Assembly: GCA_965222375.1 (NCBI GenBank)
Contig: CBDCTZ010000015.1
Location: forward strand, 1 to 64,000
DNA from: Polyangiaceae bacterium
GTDB taxonomy: Bacteria; Myxococcota_A; Polyangia; Polyangiales; Polyangiaceae
Direction: 5' to 3'
Length of the DNA stretch: 64,000 nucleotides
How positions within the stretch are numbered: the first letter of the stretch is position 1; each line of letters opens with the position of its first letter. Positions 58,067 to 64,000 of this stretch are shown here, one piece after another. The notes under the pieces were generated by a model. That model saw nothing but the letters and a program-made list of their open reading frames with translations. It searched no databases and was not told the DNA's origin. The translations under genes were made by a program, and so were the position numbers.

Positions 58067-60184
58067 ATGGAAGGCGCGGTGCGTTGGATGACGCCGGTTG
58101 GGGTCACAGGTTGGGTTGTTTGTGCCGCGCTTTCCTGCGCCGGGCGGTCGCCCGAAAGCGGAGCGCGGCCAGCGGGAAATGCCGACACCGCCTCGCCCGC
58201 GAAGCCGCCGGACGCAGGGGTGGTTCGGCAGAATCGAGTTCGGCAGATCGCAATGTTTGGCCAGAACGCGTGCGTGCTGTTCCGTGAAGGAACAGTCTCT
58301 TGCTGGGGTGACAATCGACACGGACAACTGGGTAACGGCACAACGGATGCGCGCTACGGTGCCCATCAAGTCCAAGGCCTGAGCAACGCGGTGAGCATCG
58401 CGGTCGGGGCGGACTTTGCCTGTGCCGTACGCGGCGACGGTACGCTGGTCTGCTGGGGGAGCAACAGCAGCGGACAACTCGGGTCGTCAGCACGCAAGAA
58501 CCATCCACTACCAACACCAGTGCCAGGAGTTCAGGGCGCGGTGCAGGTTGCGGCCGCAGTCGACCACGCGTGCATCACGTTGCGCGACAGCAACGTGATG
58601 TGTTGGGGCGACAACTCGCACGAAAAAGTTGGACGAGGACCGGAACAAGAGAAGCGGCCGCCTGCAAAGGTGGTGGGTGTCAGTGGCGCTCGGCAGGTGT
58701 CGGTGTCGTCGACGCACAGCTGCGCGTTGACGGGCAACGGTGTCACTTGCTGGGGAAGCTACAGCGGCATCGGCAAGCGGCCAGACGAGTCTGCCTTGAG
58801 AGTGCTCACCAGGCAGGTACCTTTCACGGCGTTGTCTTCCAGTTGGCGCCACAGCTGCGGGTTGCAACGGAGTGGCCATGTGCTCTGCTGGGGCAATGCC
58901 GGATCGGGAAGACTTGGTGGTGCGGCACCGCCGACCAGTTCACCTGCCAGTCCGATGCCGGTTGCTGGCCTCAGCGACGCAGTCAGTATCGCAGCGGGGG
59001 ACGAGCACACCTGTGCTGTCAAGCAGTCGGGGGCAGTGACTTGCTGGGGTGAGTGGCGACCTTTCTCAACGCTGGAGCCCGTGTCGCGACAGCGCATCAC
59101 CAAGGTCGATGGGTTGGGCGCAGCCACACTAATCGCGGCCGGTGAGCACACCAGTTGCGCCGCGCTGGCAACAGGGCAAGTTGCGTGTTGGGGCAACATC
59201 AACCCGTTCCAGTTCAGAGTGAATTCGCAGGCCAACCCACTGCGCATCCGCCCGGTCGTCGGACTCGCGAATGCAGTCGACATCACCGCAGGGCACCATC
59301 ACGTATGCGCCGCGCTCGCGTCTGGACAGGTGATGTGCTGGGGCATGAACTACTACTTCCAAGTCGCTCCGGGCAGCAAGGACCCGCGCTATGAGCCGGT
59401 CATGGTCAAGGGGGTGAAAGACGCCGTGCGGGTTAGCGCCGGTAAGTCGTGGTCGTACGCGTTTCGAAAGAACGGCGGGTACTACTTCTGGGGAGGCAAT
59501 GAGCCAGACCACGAGGGGGAGGTGGAGACAAGCCGGACGAAGGATGTGACCCAGGTAGCCGCCGGCCACGGGTTTCGCTGTGTTCTTCGCAGGAACGGCG
59601 AAGTGCGGTGCGAGGGGGAGAACTCACACGGGCAGCTCGGCGACGGGAGCAGCTTGATGAGGCAAGGCCTGTCAAAGACGCCGGTACTTAGAGACGCCGT
59701 GGAGATCACTGCTGACATCATCAGCGCCTGTGCTCGCCGAAAAAACGGCCAGGTAGTCTGTTGGGGTAAATGGGGAGACAAAGTGCTCGCGCGCCCGGTG
59801 AAGGTCAAAGCTGTCAAGAAGGCGGCGCGACTCGTGGGTAGCGGGTGTGTAATAACAGCCGCAAAGCGGATTGCTTGCTGGGGGAACGATCCCCAGGCAG
59901 CCACACTCTCTGATCCCGTCGGCGAGCCCGTGGTTGATGTTGCCGGAACGAACCAGCGGTCGTGTTGGGTATTGGCCAACGATGCCAGCGTTTGGTGCTC
60001 CGAACGCGGCAACCAACCGGTGCGGGTTCGAGCGGCTGAGCCCGCGATGAAGCTGGCGCTGGGCACCGACCACAGTTGTGCGTTACGCCGCAACGGGAGT
60101 GTCGTGTGTTGGGGCGACGCGAGATCCCGTGCACTCGGCACCGGCCGGCCCCCGCAGACGCCGCTTCTCGTCGAAGGTCTGTGA
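58067..60184 (+). CDS. RCC1-repeat lipoprotein
   Basis: 'ALSC'; many 'HxCA....G.V.CWG.N..GQLG' repeats. TGnTAGGCT box 7 nt before ATG 58067. Confidence 0.9.
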   Translation: MEGAVRWMTPVGVTGWVVCAALSCAGRSPESGARPAGNADTASPAKPPDAGVVRQNRVRQIAMFGQNACVLFREGTVSCWGDNRHGQLGNGTTDARYGAHQVQGLSNAVSIAVGADFACAVRGDGTLVCWGSNSSGQLGSSARKNHPLPTPVPGVQGAVQVAAAVDHACITLRDSNVMCWGDNSHEKVGRGPEQEKRPPAKVVGVSGARQVSVSSTHSCALTGNGVTCWGSYSGIGKRPDESALRVLTRQVPFTALSSSWRHSCGLQRSGHVLCWGNAGSGRLGGAAPPTSSPASPMPVAGLSDAVSIAAGDEHTCAVKQSGAVTCWGEWRPFSTLEPVSRQRITKVDGLGAATLIAAGEHTSCAALATGQVACWGNINPFQFRVNSQANPLRIRPVVGLANAVDITAGHHHVCAALASGQVMCWGMNYYFQVAPGSKDPRYEPVMVKGVKDAVRVSAGKSWSYAFRKNGGYYFWGGNEPDHEGEVETSRTKDVTQVAAGHGFRCVLRRNGEVRCEGENSHGQLGDGSSLMRQGLSKTPVLRDAVEITADIISACARRKNGQVVCWGKWGDKVLARPVKVKAVKKAARLVGSGCVITAAKRIACWGNDPQAATLSDPVGEPVVDVAGTNQRSCWVLANDASVWCSERGNQPVRVRAAEPAMKLALGTDHSCALRRNGSVVCWGDARSRALGTGRPPQTPLLVEGL

Positions 60185-60785
60185 TCACGCTGTGGGAGCA
60201 TTGCGCGACGCGCCGACGCCTTGCGGCTACTCCAAGCGTGCCGCCTTCAGCCACAAGCGAAGGGCTTTCTATCCCGCGGTGCGCGGCGGGCAGATACGCT
60301 AGCAACCAAGGCGCCGCGACCGCGGGCATCACCGTTACGAGTACAGGCGGAACCCGGCCTTCGGGGTCAAGGCGACGAACCAGGCGCCGACGTGAGAGCG
60401 CCAAGGTCAACGTCCCCTGCGCGTGGCACGGCACGGGTCGGCCAGCTTGGAATCCGCCGCCTCCGCCGCTGCTGCAACCAACGAGCATGGCACCGGCAAG
60501 GCAGACGATCGCGCCTTTTCTAATCACCTCGGGCTTCAACATCGCCGGCGGTGGATACCTCGCGGAATGGCGAGTGCAAGCACTCGCAGGCTCGTCCAAT
60601 TCATCGCTCATGCGATGGACGGAGCACTCCGCCGGCTACGTGGATGAGTCACGACAGCGTTGGACGGACAGGTATTTTTGGAGTCACGGCCCAGGGCGTC
60701 GCGCTTTCGCCAATCTCGCCCGGGGGCAGCTTTGCGGGAGTAGCGCCGCGGCAGGGACAGTGATGCGACCCAACCAAACACCGAA

Positions 60786-61058
60786 TCAGTACGAGGCGCC
60801 GTAGACGACCATGTATTCGCCGTAGACCCCCTGCGTACCAACCGTCACTTGGTTCAGCTGCTTGCTGTACGTCAGCTTGAGGCAGTAGTCCGTGACGACG
60901 CCAGAGGGGTCGTGGAGATTTGCTAGACACGTGAAGACCGGAGCGACGGCGACCGGGCAAGCTGCTGGGCGAATCCTACGTTTCGCCCCCGGGGGGTGCT
61001 GCGGTACGCCGCGACTTGTAATCGAACGTATTTGTCCGAGATGCGGACTGCAGGTCAC
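60786..61058 (-). CDS. Possible small hypothetical protein or gene remnant
   Basis: GTGA overlap with the upstream stop. Only the C-terminal half looks protein-like. Confidence 0.25.
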   Translation of the reverse strand: MTCSPHLGQIRSITSRGVPQHPPGAKRRIRPAACPVAVAPVFTCLANLHDPSGVVTDYCLKLTYSKQLNQVTVGTQGVYGEYMVVYGASY

Positions 61059-62314
61059 GCCGCGTGCGGGTCAGCGCGGCGGATGTCCAGATTTGGATCG
61101 AGCAGATAGCCGTCGGTAGTGACCAGCACGCTTTCGCGTAGCCCCATCTGGCGCAGTCGGCAGATGGCCACACGGAGTCGGTTGAGGGACGACTGAGTGA
61201 CTACTCGCTGCTCTGGCCAACCGGCCTGAATCAGCGCCTTCAAGGGGACGACTGCTCCGCGCCGGATTTCGTGAGCGAGCACCAAGCGCTGAAGCAGTGC
61301 TCTGCTAGTGGCACGACGTCGCAGGTCGGCGCGATGGCCATTACCGTCTTCGAGCCACATGCACTCTGGCCCCACGTCCAGCACCGCACGCATGCCGGTG
61401 TCTCGCGCGGACGTCGGAGCCTCCCACGCACTAGCCAAATGCCGAATAGCCAACGCCGCGGGCGCTGGCAGCTGCAGCGACCTACCCGGTCTTCGACGTA
61501 GGAATCCGCGTTGGTGCAGATCCACGACGTGTTCGATGGTCGCAGGGCTGTGACAGATCTGAGGGTGCCCAACGGCAATGCCATCGCCGGCGAGAGCATG
61601 CAGCAACAGGCTGCGTCTTGCGTCGCACAGCTGCTCCCAGTCGCGGCGGAAGAGTCGAGCTAAGCGAAGGCCGATGGGGTCCCATATTGTGCCCAGCAAG
61701 CCGAGTTGCTCGGCCAAGCTGCAGGCGGGGTAAAGGTCAGCGGAGATGACCACAGCGGCCGGGAAGCCGTCCAAGCGCTGTAACAAGGCGAGCAGCTGAG
61801 CGTCCTTGGCTGTGGACAGCGGGAATGTATCGGACCTCGCGGCTCGCACCGTTGCGCGCCAAAGGCGTGCCGCGGGATGGCTCGCCAGGGCGCTGAATTC
61901 CTCTGGTGCGCCCAGCGAGCTCAGTGGCACCACGCGCTCCGAGCGAGTGCCGAGCGCGGTTGGGCCCGCTACGAGCACCGGGCCGTGCCATTCGTCGATG
62001 ATCGAGGACAGCGCATCGACTTCCACCTGCGCGCGTCGCGACACATCAGCCACCAGCAAGCTGGGCTCAGTGGGTTGAGCGAGCCGCCGGCCAGGCATAT
62101 CCCAGACCGGTTGGAAACTTCCCTGCAAGTCGCGCACCGCAGCGTTCACGAGCGCGGTCTTCCCGGCGCCAGGTAATCCCACGACGGTCACCCTTTCGCC
62201 TGCCACGAGAAGTGCGCCAATCCGCGCCAGCGCCGCGTCCCGTCCCAATAGATTTCGCGGTCTCAGCGCGACACCAGACTCCCTTTTTGCACTCTGTTCT
62301 TCCAACGGATGCAT
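61055..62314 (-). CDS. P-loop (STAND-like) ATPase with C-terminal winged-helix regulator domain
   Basis: 'LLGRD', 'GLPGAGKT', 'RLDG.P', C-terminal 'GWP.......NRLRVAI.RLR.MGL...DGY.L'. Confidence 0.75.
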   Translation of the reverse strand: MHPLEEQSAKRESGVALRPRNLLGRDAALARIGALLVAGERVTVVGLPGAGKTALVNAAVRDLQGSFQPVWDMPGRRLAQPTEPSLLVADVSRRAQVEVDALSSIIDEWHGPVLVAGPTALGTRSERVVPLSSLGAPEEFSALASHPAARLWRATVRAARSDTFPLSTAKDAQLLALLQRLDGFPAAVVISADLYPACSLAEQLGLLGTIWDPIGLRLARLFRRDWEQLCDARRSLLLHALAGDGIAVGHPQICHSPATIEHVVDLHQRGFLRRRPGRSLQLPAPAALAIRHLASAWEAPTSARDTGMRAVLDVGPECMWLEDGNGHRADLRRRATSRALLQRLVLAHEIRRGAVVPLKALIQAGWPEQRVVTQSSLNRLRVAICRLRQMGLRESVLVTTDGYLLDPNLDIRRADPHAA

Positions 62315-62415
62315 CACTCGACATGGACTAGCGACGCGACCTCGAGAGCGCACTCGATAGAATCGGACATGGGCGCGGCTTCCCCTCGCGACCCACGGCA
62401 CGAATCGCGGGTTCG

Positions 62416-63399
62416 TCACCACGACTCGGTCACGACCAAACAGGGGCGTCTTGGCTGTACTAGCCATGACTTCAGCAGGGTTTCGGCGCCGACTTTGCCT
62501 CCGCCTGGGGCGAGAACCGCCTTGTGGTCCGGGTCGCAGGCCTCCCGGCTTTCGCTGAGTTGGGCACGGAGTCCGGTGAAGCGAACGCCGACGAGCTTGC
62601 CAAAGATGGGGCGGTCGAGAGTGCGCATGTCGCTGAGGACGAAGTACACGGTCTTGCGACCGGTGCTGCCGCCGGCATGCGTTGCACTCAAGTATGTGAA
62701 GAGCTCGTGTGCGTCAACGTTCGGCATCACCGTCATGAGCAACGCCGTGGGAGCAGGTTGGCCCGGGGAGAGCTGTTGGTAGAGCATGCTCTTGTTTCGG
62801 AGGATGGTTGCGCACTCCGCGGCGTCCTTGACCGTCGCGCCGTCTACCGTGGCGCCGCTTGTGCCGAGGACTAACCACGGCGCCTCCACCAGGGAGTCCG
62901 GGCCAAGGCCGCGTACGCCCAATTCGGGGAGGAAGCCCAGACTCGCGTTCGCAAACATGTGGGTCATTGGAATTGGGTCACCGGCTTCCGCAGCTAGTGG
63001 TTCCGTTCGGGCCTCCAGGAACGCGGCACAGGCGACGCAGCCGATACCGAACGCCGTCGTCCCGAATCGAGATGGCACTACCCAGGCGTAGGCCCGCTTC
63101 GACAACGCGCGCCGACGCAGAGCAGGCAGCAGCAACGACATGGAGACAAGGAGTGCAGCGGCGACGAGTGCGAGGGCACACTCGCTCACGGCGCGCTCCA
63201 GAGCCGCCGTTGTGACGTCAAAATGGCGCCCGAGTTGCTCCGCGCGGCGTTGGTGGGGCGGCAGAATCAAGAACTCTTCGAGAGCGCTGCGCGCCCGGAA
63301 GATGCCGGCGCCAAGGGCGACAACGGCGAGCCCAATCAAGATCGGGTTCGGGCTCGGGAAGCTGTCCCCGTTCCTAGTGTAACGCCGACGCAGGCCCAC
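62416..63399 (-). CDS. Hypothetical membrane protein with possible ExbD-like periplasmic domain
   Basis: Three hydrophobic segments followed by a soluble domain. Start uncertain. Confidence 0.55.
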   Translation of the reverse strand: MGLRRRYTRNGDSFPSPNPILIGLAVVALGAGIFRARSALEEFLILPPHQRRAEQLGRHFDVTTAALERAVSECALALVAAALLVSMSLLLPALRRRALSKRAYAWVVPSRFGTTAFGIGCVACAAFLEARTEPLAAEAGDPIPMTHMFANASLGFLPELGVRGLGPDSLVEAPWLVLGTSGATVDGATVKDAAECATILRNKSMLYQQLSPGQPAPTALLMTVMPNVDAHELFTYLSATHAGGSTGRKTVYFVLSDMRTLDRPIFGKLVGVRFTGLRAQLSESREACDPDHKAVLAPGGGKVGAETLLKSWLVQPRRPCLVVTESW

Positions 63400-63574
63400 T
63401 TCTTGGGTCCTCTTGCCATACGGGCACGGTGGCCCGCCCGCCGAAGCCCATGTCCGATTCTATCGAGTGCGCCCGGCAGTTTCGACCGATACAACGCTAG
63501 GCAACTGCACGAAGTAAACGCTGAGCGCTGCGACGCCCGGCCGGCAACCCTGCCCATCGACGCGGGAAATCCCC

Positions 63575-64000
63575 ATGTCTCATACGAACAAAGTAGCCCT
63601 GTTGCTCGTTGCTGCCGCGGCGGGGGTCGCTTGCAGCGCCGGAACGGAACCAACAGAGAGCCAGCAATCAGCGGTGGCCGGTGACGAATGCGACACGACT
63701 GCCGAATGCCAGGCGATCTACGGCAGCGCCGCCGACGATTGTTTCAACAGTCAGTCCAGCGAAAGTGTCTGCTATTGCGCCGGACAGCCTTGCGCTAGCG
63801 AACCGTCGCCCCCGCCAGCCGGTGACGAGTGCAACACCACCCAGGAGTGCAGAGCGATATATGGCAGCGCTGCCGATGACTGTTTCAACAGTCAGTCGAG
63901 TGAGAGCGTCTGCTACTGCAGCGGGCAGCCTTGCAGCAGCGAGCCTCCGCCCCCACCGCCGCCTCCCCCACCCCCCTCTGGCGATGAGTGCAACACCACC
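63575..64000 (+). CDS. Lipoprotein with tandem 6-Cys repeats (3' truncated by window; absent from ORF track)
   Basis: MSHTNKVALLLVAAAAGVAC, then GDEC(D/N)TT.EC.AIYGSAADDCFNSQSSESVCYC.GQPC starting at 63680 and 63821, with a third copy beginning at 63980; Pro linkers. Confidence 0.85.
   Translation, partial: MSHTNKVALLLVAAAAGVACSAGTEPTESQQSAVAGDECDTTAECQAIYGSAADDCFNSQSSESVCYCAGQPCASEPSPPPAGDECNTTQECRAIYGSAADDCFNSQSSESVCYCSGQPCSSEPPPPPPPPPPPSGDECNTT

Noticed and set aside
59814..60611. Lipoprotein gene starting MLKPEVIRKGAIVCLAGAMLVGC (ATG 60542, minus strand)
   Set aside because: The signal peptide looks plausible, but the downstream sequence is not protein-like in any frame and the ORF runs 370 bp antisense into the RCC1 gene. 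At most a remnant.
1..64000. tRNA, rRNA, IS/transposase, integrase or prophage
   Set aside because: I recognised no cloverleaf/T-loop signatures, rRNA-like tracts, DDE/recombinase motifs or phage structural genes. This was inspection by eye and could miss small RNAs.

Overview
This GC-rich 64 kb window looks like myxobacterial chromosome (probably Polyangiaceae/Sorangiineae). That is inferred from gene content: a Ser/Thr kinase next to an FHA sigma-54 activator, RCC1 lipoproteins, Gly-linker lipoproteins and a Uma2 nuclease. The left part (3.7-17.9 kb) is a surface-glycan locus. It encodes a complete pseudaminic-acid-type pathway in four genes (pseB, pseC, a PseF-PseG fusion and a PseI-GNAT/PseH fusion), plus a flippase, glycosyltransferases and an LtaS/EptA-like transferase. 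The rest is mostly secreted lipoprotein hydrolases (trypsin-TSP3 protease, GH16, aspartyl protease-PDZ, beta-helix lyase, S41 peptidase), a MacAB-type ABC exporter, regulators and pgm. Five signals stand out. (1) A G9 tract puts the signal peptide of the 1.2k-aa protease out of frame. (2) pgm has an in-frame TGA exactly at a conserved Cys. (3) Five sigma-54 -24/-12 boxes are each followed by an in-frame ATG 14-15 nt later, suggesting leaderless mRNAs. (4) A perfect 15 bp x7 repeat sits over a promoter. (5) A Cys-rich repeat lipoprotein, missed by the ORF track, runs off the right edge. I saw no rRNA, tRNA, CRISPR array or transposase. All family assignments come from motif recognition by eye; no database search was run.
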